DNA of 64,000 nucleotides from Eledone cirrhosa (Eukaryota). Position numbers and translations under genes: made by a program. The stretch lies in assembly GCA_964016885.1 (NCBI GenBank), contig OZ024741.1, positions 215,884,001-215,948,000 on the forward strand, given 5' to 3'. This document shows, piece after piece, positions 26,488 to 41,725 of this stretch. A model generated the notes under the pieces. The model saw only the letters and a program-made list of their open reading frames with translations, was not told where the DNA came from and did no database searches. How positions within the stretch are numbered: position 1 is the stretch's first letter; the number at the start of each line of letters is the position of its first letter.

Positions 26488-27555
26488 CAAATATCACAAA
26501 TTATCCAGCTCAACTATTTAACAATTCCGCCGATCCACCACCACCACCACCATCACCACCAACATCTCCACCAACACCAACAGTAACACCAACACCAACA
26601 CCACCACCACCACTGGGCTAGTACTTTATTTATCGACCCAGAAATGATGAAAGGCAATTTCGACCATGGTGATATTTTATCTCCGAGCTCAGGGAGCCTT
26701 ACCAGTTGAGAAAGACCTATGAATTTAATACGGCACTGTGACTTCTCTGCTAAATACTGGAGCATGAAAGACCGCTTCCTCAATTATTTTGATATAATGT
26801 CAATGGCCTTTCACAACATTCTGAAATCCTCTGCTTATGAAGGGTTGTAAAATAGAAAAATGTTGCTTATTTATTCCTTTGTAAGATCTGAATAGCAGAA
26901 GATATTACAGCCAAAGTTCGAAAACCACAAGCAGTACAATTTCTGAAAAATGATTATAACATTAAAGAAAACACTAGGGAATGTGTTTCATTTAAAGCTT
27001 CAGAGGCGTGTTTCGGTCATATTCAGCCTCCCCAGCGAAGTATCGTACGATCTTTACTGCAAGATGTTACAATGCCTTACGTTGTGAGATCAAGGATTTA
27101 AAGTTGAATAACTTAGTGAGTGTGTATATGTGTGTGTGTGTGTTTATATATATATATATGTATGTCTGTATACGTCTATGTATCTGTATCTCTCTCTCTC
27201 TCTATCTCTCTCTCTCCCTCTTTCTTTCTCTTTATATATATACGTCTGTGTATGTGTACATGTGTGTATCTCATCATTTCACCGGAGCAATTCATCAATA
27301 GTTTTCTTTTTCTTTCAAAATCCTTAGATAAGAATATTGAAAATATAAAAGCTTACAAGCTATGAGGATATTGAACAACGAAAGAGGGGATATATATATA
27401 ATATGAAAGGAAAATCTTCAATATATATATATATATATACATATTTATATAAATATATATGTAAATATAAATATATATATGTATATATACATGTATATAT
27501 ATAAATACATATATATATATAAATATAGATATATTTATATATGAAGACATTACAC

Positions 27556-27622
<67 letters not shown>

Positions 27623-27760
27623 AATATATATGTAAATATAAATATATATATGTATATATACACACATATATATAAATACATATATATATATAAATATAAA
27701 TATAATTATATATGAATATATTACACATATATAAATGTATATATATGTGTATATATATAT

Positions 27761-27836
<76 letters not shown>

Positions 27837-28377
27837 TATATATATATACATACATATATACTACATATATATATGTATATAATACATATATATATATTAC
27901 ACATAATACATATATATATATTACACATATATATATATATGTATATAAATGTATGTATATATATATATTATAAAGTTATAAAGATGAGAATATTGAAACG
28001 TGAAAGATTACAATATTATTAGAATATTGGAGAATAAGGGTTTAGGAATATAGGTATAGCGAGGATGGAAAGGTTATAGATATAAGAATATTGAAGAATT
28101 ATATAATACGAATATAAGAAGTACAAAAAAGAACGCAAGTTTATAATATAAGACTATTGAAGAATGGAATATTCTAAATATATTAGAGAATGAAGGAATG
28201 CAACTGTAAGAATATTGGAAAATGAAAGATTGCCAATAGAAGAATAGTAAAAAAAATAAAACACACACACAAAAAAAAATATTCATAATATAATATTAAA
28301 GAATGAAAGATTGTGAATATAAGAAATATAATGAATAAAAGAATATAATTATTTTATTATTGAAGAATGGAAATTAA

Positions 28378-28531
28378 TAATTGTTTCTACTTTTGGCACA
28401 AGGCCAGCATTTATGCAGTGTATTACTGGTACTTTATTTTATCGACCCTGTAGGGATGAAAGGCAAAGTTAACCTCGGCGGGATTTGAAGCATGGCGTCC
28501 GACCCTCTACCGATACTGCCAATCCACCGCC
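28378..28531 (-). mobile_element. tRNA-derived SINE with internal deletion
   Basis: Reverse complement of 28985-29176, lacking ~35 nt between the A and B boxes. Confidence 0.8.
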
Positions 28532-28619
28532 CTTCACCGAATTAATAATTAATGACAGAATACAATTATTGAAGAATGGAAGAAAGTGATTTCTTTATTA
28601 TTAAAGAATGAAACAATAT

Positions 28620-28920
28620 CTTCTTCTTCTTCTTCTTCTTCTTCTTCTTCTTCTTTGCCCACTTTTTCCTGAGAGTGTCGGAGGACAGAGTCCTCAAACA
28701 CTCCCTCCAGCGGGTCATTTCAGAAACAACCGTCTCCAACTGATCCGGCTAGATTCCCAACCGAAACCAGCCAAACTCATGGATGTTATCCAACCATCTT
28801 GCTCGGAGTCTACCCCTGGGTCTACCGCTGGGTCTACCCCTGGGTCTACCGCTGGGTCTACCCTGTCAGTTGGTTTTGCTCGTAAAATTTGTCCGAATTA
28901 AGAGATCACAGCTCCGATAC
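28620..28920 (-). mobile_element. 3' end of an RTE-clade LINE with (GAA)n tail
   Basis: Minus frame GRPSGRPRGRPSGRPRGRLRARWLDNI..RLGI; 24-bp tandem duplication at 28808-28862; (CTT)n on plus at 28620-28652. Confidence 0.65.
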
Positions 28921-28984
28921 TGTGGCAATGTGGCTGCAATGGCTCAGGAAAATCGCTGAAAGAATATGATTATTATATTTTGAA

Positions 28985-29176
28985 GGCGGTGGATTGGCAG
29001 TATCGGTAGAGGGTCGGACGCCATACTTTGACGCATAGAGTTACGGCCCTTGCCATTCCTAGTTCAAATCCCGCCGAGGTTAACTTTGCCTTTCATCCTT
29101 ACGGGATCGATAACATAAAGTACCAGTAATGCACTGGGATAATTTTTGGCCTTGTGCCAAAAGTAGAAACAATTAT
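28985..29176 (+). mobile_element. tRNA-derived SINE, full length
   Basis: A box tggcagtatcgg, B box gttcaaatcc, conserved core actttgcctttcatccttacgggatcgataa..aagtaccag (resembles the MetaSINE-type central domain; from memory, unverified). Confidence 0.8.
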
Positions 29177-29563
29177 ATTTTGAAGAATGAATGAATATGA
29201 ATTTTATATTTTGAGCAATGAACGTTTACATGAATACAATTATTATAATTATCAAGAATGAAATATAAAAAAAAAAAGAATGGAGTAACGTTACTCATTA
29301 GACTTCATAGAGTGGAGTGGAGAGGAGGTAGGAAGTTGTTCCAGGTAGAGCCGATACTTCTTAGAATCGAAAGGTCATAGTTCCGATACTACGGACTTGT
29401 GGTTAGAGTGTCTAAAGAAAGGATCGCAGGACAGATTTAACGAGTTAAGCCAACTGAGAGTAGACCCAAGTGTACTCTCGAAAAACACATGCTGATCTCT
29501 CTCTCTCACTCTCTCTCTCACTCTGTCTCTCTCTCTCTCTCCCTCTCTCTCTCCCTCTCTCAA

Positions 29564-29594
<31 letters not shown>

Positions 29595-29613
29595 CTATAT
29601 ATCTATATGTATA

Positions 29614-29709
<96 letters not shown>

Positions 29710-29854
29710 ACTACAAAAAGGGTTTTATTTATGCTATTCTTCACTCTTTCACTATTATTACACCAAGATTAACCTGCATAGCAACTCCAGAGAGCTCGCA
29801 AACTCGCTACATAAGGAAATCTCTTGTTGAGTCAAACAACGCCGTACGCTAATA

Positions 29855-30029
29855 TATTAAATTCAAAGGGGTATATGTATATAATTAGGCACAGTTACAG
29901 ATACATATTTGAGTTGGCTACCTTTCACGGTGATTAATAATTATTTGCTTAATTAATTCTTCATTGAGCCACACCGTGAAAGGTAGCCACACTCATATAT
30001 GTATCTGTGACTATACATATATCCCTTTG

Positions 30030-30032
<3 letters not shown>
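29855..30032. repeat. Fold-back element next to (TA)n
   Basis: aattcaaaggg..ggctacctttcacggtg is inverted relative to caccgtgaaaggtagcc..ccctttgaatt. Confidence 0.7.
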
Positions 30033-30083
<51 letters not shown>

Positions 30084-30120
30084 CAAGTAAGTATGTTTTG
30101 AAACAGAGAGCAAGTTTGAA

Positions 30121-30200
30121 ATTAGAAATAGAATAGCTTTCACCGTATTTTTGACTAAATCTCTTTAGTCAAAAATACGGAGAAAGCTATTCTATTTCTA

Positions 30201-30202
<2 letters not shown>
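30121..30202. repeat. Near-perfect ~80-bp palindrome
   Basis: attagaaatagaatagctttc.ccgtatttttgactaaa and its inverse; contains GAAA-GC-UA (3' half of an HHR); partial copy at 30848-30871. Confidence 0.75.
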
Positions 30203-30252
<50 letters not shown>

Positions 30253-32204
30253 AAATATATGTGTGTGTCATCAAATGTTGTACACACATAGACATTTTTT
30301 CAATTTCCAATTGAGTTCTTAGCACGTGGCCTGAATTCCTTTCAGAATTCATTGTCATGCGCATGTATTGTTTTTTTTGGCGGTAATTTACTTCCTCATT
30401 TTTTTAATCAGTTTGAGTACTTCTTTAAAACTGCTGGACTGGCAACCTGACAGATACCTCAGGCACAGAGGATGATGATTATCGCTAAATACTGGTGTTG
30501 GTTAGATTATCAATATTAGTATTATTGGGGCACCCACTGATGAATTATAGGAGCCCACTTGAATATATATCTATTGATGGTATACAAGCTCCTACATAAA
30601 TTGGTATAATTTCACCCAAATTGTATGAATCCTATAATGAAACGAGACGTCCGTCTGGGAAGAGATATATTAGATATGTCTCATATGAAATAATACAGCC
30701 AATTTTCCACGTAATACTTTTAGTTAGCACCCCGAACGCATAATTGGAAATATAATCACTTATTTCCTAATGTTTGTTGAGTGAGTTGGAATTTGGTCGG
30801 AGTATCGCTAAAAAGCTTTCTCCGATATTGTATTTATATATATATATATTAGAAATAGAATAGCTTTCACCATATTTATATATATATATATATATATATA
30901 CAGGGAGTGTAACTTGGAGTTAATGTAGGTTCACCCGGGTGAGCACTCGATGTTTAGGTTCACTTCAGTGTTGAGGTGTAGAGCTATACAGAGTGTGTTA
31001 TAGTGAAAAGATAACAAGGACGAATGGTTACTCATTACATTCATTGGTTGGTGACGCGCATTACGCCACTGATCAGCTGAAGGTTCGATCTGTATCGATC
31101 TTACCCGGCTCTGTAATCTGCGGCTCGTCGGACCCCTTGTAATGTTAGTAGAAAATGAATACATGCTGTATGATAAAGTCAGAAGTTCATATGTTGGTCA
31201 ATAAAGTTAGTTCATAGGGATGTATTTGCCTGTAGTGTATGTGGGGGGTGGGTGTGGTGATAAGATGGTGGTGATGGTCGCAGGCTGAAGTGGGCGGTGA
31301 TGTGGAGGTGCTAGTTGTCGGTAGACAGATTGCCATGTAGTTGAGGCGGATTTTTGTGTGTGGGTAGGTGTGGTAATGGTGTTGTTGGTGGTGTCAATTT
31401 CTATAAGGAGATACATACATAGACACACTTAGTCTGACAAATACGTTGTATACATACACATGTGTATATATATATATAGAGAGAGGGCCAGTATAGATGG
31501 CGTTGTACAAATAAATATACTTACACAGACATTCACACATGCGTTGTTTAGGGAAGGATGATATGTGTTGGTGATGTTGATGATTGTTGAAGTGCCTGGT
31601 GGTGGCGGTGGTGGTGTGTGCGACAAAATATTTACAGGTTCGAATTTTACGATGGATTACAGGTTAAAAAATGACATAGGGGACACAGGGAAAACAAGAT
31701 TGTGAATGAGGGATGGTGGACGTATAGCGATGTGTGTACGGGTGGTGATGGTGGCGATGGTGTGATATGTTCGAAATTATATTTCCAGGATCGGATGTTA
31801 CGATGGTTTACAAGGTAAAATCATGACAGAGAGGACAGATAGAACACAATGGTACTGAGATGAGGGATATATGGCGATGTGTCTGTCGGTGGGGGTGATG
31901 GATGCGACATGATCTTTACAAAATCTGAACTTACAAAGGGTTACATGTTATATAAGATAAATGCACTGAGATGAGGGACGGTGCGGCAAGGTAAAGGTGG
32001 TTATCACTATGTTGAGTCAGGGTTAGTGTGTGGACCTCGGCCGAATGTTTGTGCAGAGAAGGTGTTCAACTTGGTGTGTCTACAATTTATAATTATGTCA
32101 GACCTAGAGTTTCTGGCAGATTTCAATTTAATGATCTCAGCCGCCTCGGCTTTCAAATTCTGCTTTCAAATACTCAATCGCAGCAATTTTCGAAAAGACA
32201 CATG

Positions 32205-32273
<69 letters not shown>

Positions 32274-32275
<2 letters not shown>

Positions 32276-33050
32276 CGTTTCTGAATTTGTTTAGCAAGAT
32301 TCTTTATCTGAAATCGTGTGTTGAAACCGATATTGTTATACTTTGGGAGGGTCATGTTGCCAATAAGAAACACACGCACCAGTTGCTTTCACTTCAATTT
32401 ATTATAATAAATTTATAATAAATTTATAAATTTATAAATTTCTGGTTGGTTGGTTGGTCCTACAACCAGGTAGTTGTTTATATATAGTCATAGTTCTTTC
32501 GTCACACACTCTGTGACCTCTTCAGTGACTGGGGATTCCTTTCTTTGTTTCTGTGCCTCTCCTTTGTTCTGTCCTACGCCATTTTGTTTCCGTGTGTGTG
32601 TTGTGTGCTCAGTCTGCGCATGCGTCACATCCGGGTGTCTGTGTGTGTTTATGTTCATTTATTGATTTGTTTATTTACATGTTACTGGTTGGTTGTTTGT
32701 TCTATGTGTGTGTGTGTTTTCATTTTGTCCTTAATTGTAAGTTGTGATGTTGCTGTTCCACTCATATTTTCTATTTAATTTTGGTTGTAATTCTTTTATG
32801 TTTATTGCCTCTGTAATTTGTCTAAACATTGCGTCTTTTCTGTGTGTAGATTCTATTTTTATTTCTATGTTCTCTAATTTACCCTTGTGTTCTATTTTAG
32901 CATGTTGGTAGAGTACAGATGATTCTTTATTATCTTGAAGGTCTCGCCAGTGTTCATTTATCCGTCCCCCTACACTACGAGCTGTCTCACCTATGTACAC
33001 TATATTTTTGTCTCTAGATTGTCCTTCAGTACATCTTATGCTATACAATA
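32274..33050 (-). mobile_element. Lineage D PLE 3' fragment: endonuclease C-terminus (32731-33048) and HHR (32486-32530)
   Basis: YSIRCTEGQ..VYIGETARS..LNRKYEWNSNITTYN is nearly identical to the end of ORF 58018-61374. Confidence 0.92.
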
Positions 33051-33052
33051 TA

Positions 33053-33092
<40 letters not shown>

Positions 33093-33475
33093 AGATCAAA
33101 AGATGGTTAAAAGAGTTCCATGTATTTTATTATGCGCATTTCAAAAACAAATATCATCATGCAATAATATTTGTGTTTTCATCAGATAAAATAGGAAGAC
33201 ATGATATGAAGGTTAAAAAACACTTGTGGATAGTGCAGTTTTAAATCGACATATGAAAAGTAGTTTTAGATTGATGTGTGACATTGGGAAAAAAAATGTT
33301 TGAGGGGGGGGGGAAGGTTGGAAAGGATGAAAAAGAGGAGGAGATGAGAGTAAAAAGTGGAGGGGAGGAGTATAATGAGGAAGGATGAGATAGGAGGAGA
33401 GATGGGTGATAGAGAGACAGAGATAGCTTTTATAACCGATATCTGCATTGCTTTATTGTACTACAATAAAACTCC

Positions 33476-33549
<74 letters not shown>

Positions 33550-34048
33550 TATATGTATATATATATATGTATATATGTATATATATATAAGCATGTGTCT
33601 TTTCGAAAATTTCTGCGATTGAGTATTTGAAAGCAAAATTATGAATTTTCCCAGTATAAACCTACAACGAATGATCCACTTGTTTCCATCTACTAGACTG
33701 CCTCCTCTTGAAATTGATAGCTGAGCATTTCCCGGACACATACGTCTATAACCTAGTTCTCAGGGAGATTCAGCATGATACACTCTGTGAAAAAACTGGC
33801 TCCCTTTATGTTTAAATGGACTGACAGGGCAACATGAAATAAAGCATCATGGTGAAAGACACAACACACCTCTTTTTTCCTGGAAATCGAACAATATACG
33901 CTCATATAGTAGTAGCATACTATAAATATTAGCCACGTCACTCCAGGGCGACCGGCTGAGGTTGAAGGAACAGAATAGCGGTCGCCCTCGGGTCCTCGAT
34001 TTTCAGCCCCATGGATTTTATCTATTACATTCACGTATTATATTTCGA

Positions 34049-34106
34049 ATACCTGATGATATCACCGGATTCATACGGAACCCGGTCATTAAAATGATCA
34101 TAGTAT
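34049..34106 (+). ncRNA. Hammerhead-like motif with G12A change (probably inactive)
   Basis: AUAC-CUGAUGA-long stem II (ACCGG/CCGGU)-AAAA-UGAUCA (palindrome)-UA-GUAU. Confidence 0.55.
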
Positions 34107-34428
34107 AATAAACCTTTCAAGGATTCACACAAATCCAGCCTCCTGTCATTTCATTATTATATATATATATATATATATATACTCATATCTACCTATCTAC
34201 ATATATATAAATAAATATATATATATATAAATATACATATATATATATATACAAGCATCGGAATTAGAGTATTCCGCAGTTCACAGTAATAATAATGTTA
34301 GCTCAAAGAAGAACAGAGAATTTTCAACTGAGCTCGAATACAAATATATTACACAGAGAGAAGTGTGTTACACAGTGAGATGTGTAAAGAATTATTACAT
34401 GTGAGTTTTACCGTTACTGTATGGAAAA

Positions 34429-34480
<52 letters not shown>

Positions 34481-34554
34481 ATAAATATTTCGTATCTCCA
34501 AAGAAATACAGTTTTAGGAAGCCGTCTTGTAGTCCAGCAGACGCGGTGGGAGGG

Positions 34555-34598
34555 ACCGTCCTGACGAAGGCCAGTTAAAGCTGAAATGCATAGACGGT
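34555..34598 (+). ncRNA. Canonical minimal hammerhead inside a 44-bp inverted-repeat cassette (34481-34705)
   Basis: ACCGUC-CUGACGA-A-GGC/GCU-GAAA-UGCA-UA-GACGGU; stem I is extendable (AGCAGA/UCUGCU). Confidence 0.82.
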
Positions 34599-34894
34599 TG
34601 TCCCCCTTGCTTCTGCTAGACATCACCAAAGGGCGTTAGCCCCCCGGTGGTTGCATAGCTACGGCTTCCTAAAACTGTATTTCTCTGGAGATACGAAATA
34701 TTTATGCATATTGTATAAAGCTATGTTTGAAGCGAAATCCTATTTCTTTCATATATATATAATAATATAGAATATACATAACTATAAAAAGTTTAATATA
34801 TACACAACCATAAATGGTATCCTTAATATTATATATAATAATATACATATACATATACGCACACATATATATATACATAAATATACATATATGC

Positions 34895-34973
<79 letters not shown>

Positions 34974-35215
34974 CGGAGCCATGGACTCACGCTATTCCCT
35001 GTCAATAATGTGCTCAAAGGAGAAGGAATCCTGAGCTCTTTAAAATACGATATGTTGAAAAAGTAACACACTAGAGAGATAGTGTGCCATCAATAAAACA
35101 GGGAAAAACCACCAGTGTATGGAATATATAATCTATGATAGGCAGGATAATTGAAAATATAAATTAAAGTGTATAAAAAATATAAAAATATATATATATA
35201 AAAATATAAATTAAA

Positions 35216-35258
<43 letters not shown>

Positions 35259-35314
35259 AATATATACAAATACATACATATACATACATATATATATATA
35301 TATGCATACATCCA

Positions 35315-35600
35315 TACGTACATGATGGCTTCCCCTTCGTTATCGAGTATGGCCATTGCACGATATACCATTATTAATAATTATTAAGTAATTCTATCGT
35401 GCAATGCCAGTGCGTGAAGATATTTTTTAAAGTGAGGAAATACAGTGCACTGAGCCAATCCCACTCTCTGAGCGACAGTAGCTATAACCCGAAAAGAAGA
35501 AAAGATTAACATGATCGGTAACTACTGAGCCGCAGGTTTTATATCGGAGTTATCCCAGTTTCCTGAGTTGCCTTCTCCTAGAAGAATGCCCCGACAAAGT
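35315..35600 (-). mobile_element. RTE-associated SINE-like repeat
   Basis: Reverse complement of 43455-43730. Confidence 0.65.
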
Positions 35601-35795
35601 ATATTTATTTTTCTATTTATATATTTAATTATTGTCTATCACCGGTTTCAGCATTTTTATGCATTATCAAATGATAGTGAAATGTATTAGTGTGGTGTCG
35701 CACATGTTCAACAGAAGGTGCAGAAAGAATAATGTTATTTACAAACAAGCTTTATGAAGTGAAAAGAAAAAGGAAAAAAACGGGCATAATGTAGA

Positions 35796-35876
<81 letters not shown>

Positions 35877-36075
35877 CAGATTTTGAGTATATGTTGGTTG
35901 TATACCAACACCTTAGTATGCAGGCTGGAGCACTCGACGAAGTGCGCAGGTTGGTTTGGTTACTCCGGAGTAATGTAAAATAAAGATAAATAAAAAGCTC
36001 CCGGGAGCTTCCAACAGTAATGGTTGCATTCTTTAAGGGTATGACAATATTTATTTATAAAACTGTTCTATATTA

Positions 36076-36140
36076 TATTTTATCTGATGAAAGCACACCA
36101 TAATTTAACTTGGTGTCCTTGAAATATGTATAATGAAATA
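36076..36140 (+). ncRNA. Type I hammerhead, lineage B relative
   Basis: UAUUUUAU-CUGAUGA-AAG.ACACCA/UGGUGU.CUU-GAAA-UAUGUA-UA-AUGAAAUA. Confidence 0.8.
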
Positions 36141-36180
36141 AATATGGTTTTATAAATATAGTTTCCATTTATTAATATCG

Positions 36181-36232
<52 letters not shown>

Positions 36233-36445
36233 ATGTATATATATATTTACATATATATATATATTTACATGCATATATATATATATATATTTACATACAT
36301 ATATATATATATTTACATATATATATATTTACATATATATATATATTTACATACATATATATATATATTTACATACATATATATATTTACATATATATAC
36401 ATACATATATATATATATTTACATACATATATATATTTACATATA

Positions 36446-36531
<86 letters not shown>

Positions 36532-36600
36532 CATATATATATATATATATACCACGATAAATTAACGGAGCCACTATCTCTCTCTAGTGTGTTACCTTTT

Positions 36601-36635
<35 letters not shown>

Positions 36636-36791
36636 AATATTTGTGTGTGTGTGTCTGTGTGTGTGTCTGTGTATATATATATATATGCATATCTATCTAT
36701 ATATATATATATGTGTAGATGGTTGTAAGCATGTATGTATGTGGGCATATGTAATTGTATGTGTGCGTGAGAGAGAGACTGTGTGTGTGTT

Positions 36792-36879
<88 letters not shown>

Positions 36880-37236
36880 TGTGTGTGTGTGTGTGTGTGT
36901 GTGTAAGGCTAACACCATGAATCAAACAGCTGGAATTTTGCCCGTGTCTTGTTTACACAAACACCTTGCCAATAATATTTCGAGAAAAATTCAACATAAA
37001 AGTTTTTGTCTTTTTTTAATTTTTTACCCCATTATTATGATTATTATTGTTATATCTACTGTTTCCGCTTTTGTCAATGTCCCTTTACTTTATATAAACT
37101 CCACATTGGACTAATTATTGACCTTGTAGTAACCCCCAAATTCCTGTACCCTTGTGGCCAGGAAAATAACGCATCATTTTCTTTCACTTCTTTTAAAATC
37201 AATCACCATCATCATAATCATTGTATTATTTTTGTC

Positions 37237-37450
37237 GATTGGCAGTATCGGTAGAAGGTCGGATGCCATGCTTTGCAGCAACGAGTTACGTCCCTTTATG
37301 GTCTGAGTTCAAATCCTGCCGAGGTTAACTTTGCCTTTCATCCTTACGGGGCCGATAAAATAAAGTACCAGTAATGCACTTGGGTCGATATAATCGATTT
37401 TCCCTTCTCCCCAAAATTGTTGGCCTTGTGCCTAAATCAGAAATCGTTAT
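37237..37450 (+). mobile_element. tRNA-derived SINE
   Basis: Same A box, B box and core as 28985-29176. Confidence 0.8.
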
Positions 37451-37542
37451 CATCATCATCATCATCATCATTGTTAAACATTATAAATATATCCCTGTAT
37501 GTGTGTAGGTGTGTGTGTGTTTGTGTGTGTGTGTGTGCGTAT

Positions 37543-37594
<52 letters not shown>

Positions 37595-37726
37595 CTGTCT
37601 ATCTGTGTGTGTGTGTGTGTGTGTGCGTGCAATATTTAGATTAGAGTTGGTGGCGGTGGGAATTGTCGTGGTGACATCGGTGATGATGATGCTTTTGATG
37701 GTAGTGATGGTAGCAATGGCTATGAT

Positions 37727-38232
37727 GGTGACGGTGGTGACGGTAGTGGCGGTGGTGACGGTGGTGGCGGTGGTGACGGTGGTGACGGTGGTGGTGCTGG
37801 TGACGGTGGTGACGGTGGTGACGGTGGTGGTGCTGGTGACGGTGGTGACGGTGGTGACGGTGGTGACGGTGGTGGTGCTGGTGACGGTGGTGACGGTGGT
37901 GACGGTGGTGACGGTGGTGACGGTGGTGACGGTGGTGACGGTGGTGGCGGTGGTGACGGTGGTGACGGTGGTGTTGCTGGTGACGGTGGTGACGGTGGTG
38001 ACGGTGGTGGTGCTGGTGACGGTGGTGACGGTGGTGGCGGTGGTGACGGTGGTGGTGCTGGTGACGGTGGTGACGGTGGTGACGGTGGTGGTGCTGGTGA
38101 CGGTGGTGACGGTGGTGACGGTGGTGACGGTGGTGGTGCTGGTGACGGTGGTGACGGTGGTGACGGTGGTGGCGGTGGTGATGGTGGTGACGGTGGTGAC
38201 GGTGGTGGTGCTGGTGGCGGTGGTGACGGTGG
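37727..38232. repeat. 9-bp minisatellite (GGTGACGGT)n with GGTGCT variants
   Basis: Directly visible tandem array of ~500 bp. Confidence 0.95.
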
Positions 38233-38281
38233 AAGAAGATGATGACAATAATGACGCCATTGATGATAGATTTGCTTTGAA

Positions 38282-38931
<650 letters not shown>

Positions 38932-40807
38932 ACTTGCAGTTGATCTTTATGATTTTGGTGATGATGGTGATGATGATGATGATGATGATGACTATGATAA
39001 CGATGAAATGATAATAGCTATGATGAAGACGATGATAATGACGGTGACGATGCGATGCGATGCGATGCGATGCTATTAATTTATTATTTTGTTTGTTTGT
39101 TATTATTTTGTTTTATCATTTCTCCTCTTATGCTATAGGCTTGATCATTCCTTGGTACACAAATTATTGTTCCACCATTTTAACAGCATTGCACTCGAGT
39201 GAACATCATTGTGTCTCTTTTCGCTGAATTCACCAACTATGATAAAAAAAAAAGGCAACAACAAAACAACAACTGCTAAAGCGAGTAATTTCCTTGTTTG
39301 ATTGGTTGTTTATCGGGAAACAGAAAAGGATAATATAAACAAAACATACTTGCCAGCCATTTAATAAATCTATACGAAATTGCTATTAACTGTTACATAT
39401 AGATTGAACATCAGTTATTTCTAGAAAATACAAAATTGCTTGGTCTGTTTGTTTTGTGTGCGTATGTCTTTGTTTTTATAAATGAAAATTGTTTATATAC
39501 AGATGAAACTAAAAATTCTATTGAGATATGTTTTGGAAGAATTGGCATGATATTGGTATTCTTCTTGTCAATTTCATATTGTTATTGCCGAGTTCTGTAG
39601 TCCATAGAATCTTTGGTACTATCAGTGATGTTTTAGTCTCAAATCTTTGGTTACTATATTTCATTTGACAGAATCGTTAGAGCGTTTGGTAAAATGGTTT
39701 GTGGCATTTGTTCCTATTCCTTATATTCTGAATTCTAATCAGGCCTCGTCTGAGTTCCAGTCAAATTTGCTTTTTATTCTTCTGGGGGTCAATAAAATTA
39801 AGTACGATTAGAGAACTGGAATCGATATAAACAACTTTCCCAATGCCTCCAAATGACTGGAATGGAGTAGATATCCTTATTAGGCTCTTGTTATGTGGCT
39901 GAGAATTGACAGAGTTGTTAGGGAGTCTGATTACAAATGAACCAGTATTTGTTATTTTTTTATGTTTAGGACAAATTTTATTTATGGAATATATTATGTA
40001 ATTACTGTTTAATAGAAAAAGAAAGAAAAAAGAAAATTTAGATTAAGAAGAATGGAATGTAAAATAGGAAAATATAGAGAAAAAAGAGAAAAAGAAAAAA
40101 ATGGGAAGTGGGGAGGGAATGGCAAGAACTGTAGTGTCACAGAAGAATGGGGGAGGGGTTGTTCGGTCACACTGATCTCTCAGCTCAAGTCACTTCCTGA
40201 CCCATATTGTTGGCCCTGAGCCAATTTCATAAAGAATTATTAAGCTGTTGTTTGGGATACAACAAAGGTTTCTACATGTACTTAAGAATGAATGTTTGAA
40301 GAAAAGTAAAACACATTAATCTTTTCGTTACCATATTTCTAATTAAAGACAGGCTACGATTTTGAAATAGTTGAGAATATAATCAAGAATGGAGAAAGAT
40401 TTAGTCATATAACCAAATTTCTCCTTATTAAGATGGTGTTTGGAACATAACCTAATGTTTCTTGCATAAAATGTTGATGCTAGGTATATAGATATATATA
40501 AACACTTAAAAATAAAGAGATTTTTCCCTTAGAAACGTGGTCGGCTTCACGTGGTTTGGTATCACATGTTAACACTTTCGTTAACATATTTCTAATAAAA
40601 GATACTGCCAATAATTTTTAAATAATTTTGAAAATCGCCAAGAATTTCGATGAATAATATAACTAAGTATCTCCTTATTGGCTTTGTGCCTAAATCAGAA
40701 AACGTTATTTGCCTTGTGGGAGAAATTGAGTGAGCAGTGTGTAGAACTCCGTCATATTGACTCTACCTGTAAGAATCGGTTTCGTAATTATGTTACGGCG
40801 TAATTAT

Positions 40808-40998
40808 GGCGGTGGATTGGCAGCATCGGTAGAAGCTCGGACGCCATGCATTGCGGCATAGAGTTACAACCCTTTACAGTCTGAGATCAATTCCTGCCGA
40901 GGTTAACTTTGCCTTTCATGCTCACGGGGTTGATAAAATAAAGTACTACTAATGCACTGGATAATTGCTGGCCTTGTGCCAAAAGTAGAAACAATTAT
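40808..40998 (+). mobile_element. tRNA-derived SINE
   Basis: Collinear with 28985-29176. Confidence 0.8.
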
Positions 40999-41374
40999 GT
41001 TAAGTGTAGATGTATCTATGGAATACTCGACCACTTAGACGTTAATTCAAGAGGTGGACGCTCAGTCGATTGAGTGGCTAAATACTCACCGTCGATCCAC
41101 GACACTTTATCAAATGTCTCATTTCTTTTTTCAGAAGGTATAGTGTGATTTGAGTGAGGTTTTTGACTGCTATGTCATACACTGCAAATCACTGTTGGCT
41201 CATATATCATCTGGAAGTCAATTCACAACCCTGGAGTATGCCATAGGTCAAGCTACACACACACACGAACGTTCACCCATACACACACAGGCACATGCAC
41301 ACACATAGGTGCCTCTCTCCCCCGCTCTCGCACTCTCTTTCTCTCTCTCTCTCTCCCTCTTTATATATATATAT

Positions 41375-41536
41375 AACGAAGGAAGTGCGGTAAGGAGCCA
41401 GGTGGACCATAACGCACCAGAGTACTCAATACTTTGGGTAGTAGAGTGGGTAATAGGAAAATATTCAAGACCCCGACGGCAGAGCTCAAGCCGTTTCGAC
41501 GGCTATTTCTGGATGCGTCGGGGTCTTGAACATTTT

Positions 41537-41541
<5 letters not shown>
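41375..41541. mobile_element. Fold-back element, MVHLVPY-tail family, short second arm
   Basis: Homologous to 4065-4275; the right arm is reduced to cgtcggggtcttgaacattttccta. Confidence 0.78.
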
Positions 41542-41579
<38 letters not shown>

Positions 41580-41648
41580 GTGTGTGTATGTAAAATGTCA
41601 ACAAAAATAAGAAAGCGAATGACATACTGCAATGAAGAAATATATACA

Positions 41649-41725
<77 letters not shown>

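Noticed and set aside
25895-26521. Gly-rich and Thr-rich ORFs
   Set aside because: Triplet-repeat minisatellite, open in several frames, no domain
26895-27121. 68-codon open frame with a downstream GTGAGT
   Set aside because: No start codon or recognisable domain; splice signals do not fit one frame convincingly
28985-29075. tRNA gene
   Set aside because: A and B boxes are too far apart, no clean cloverleaf, and the segment is always fused to the SINE body
40316-40680. Possible piggyBac-like termini (TTAA-cttt cgtta repeats)
   Set aside because: Two diverged direct repeats without a convincing inverted partner or transposase
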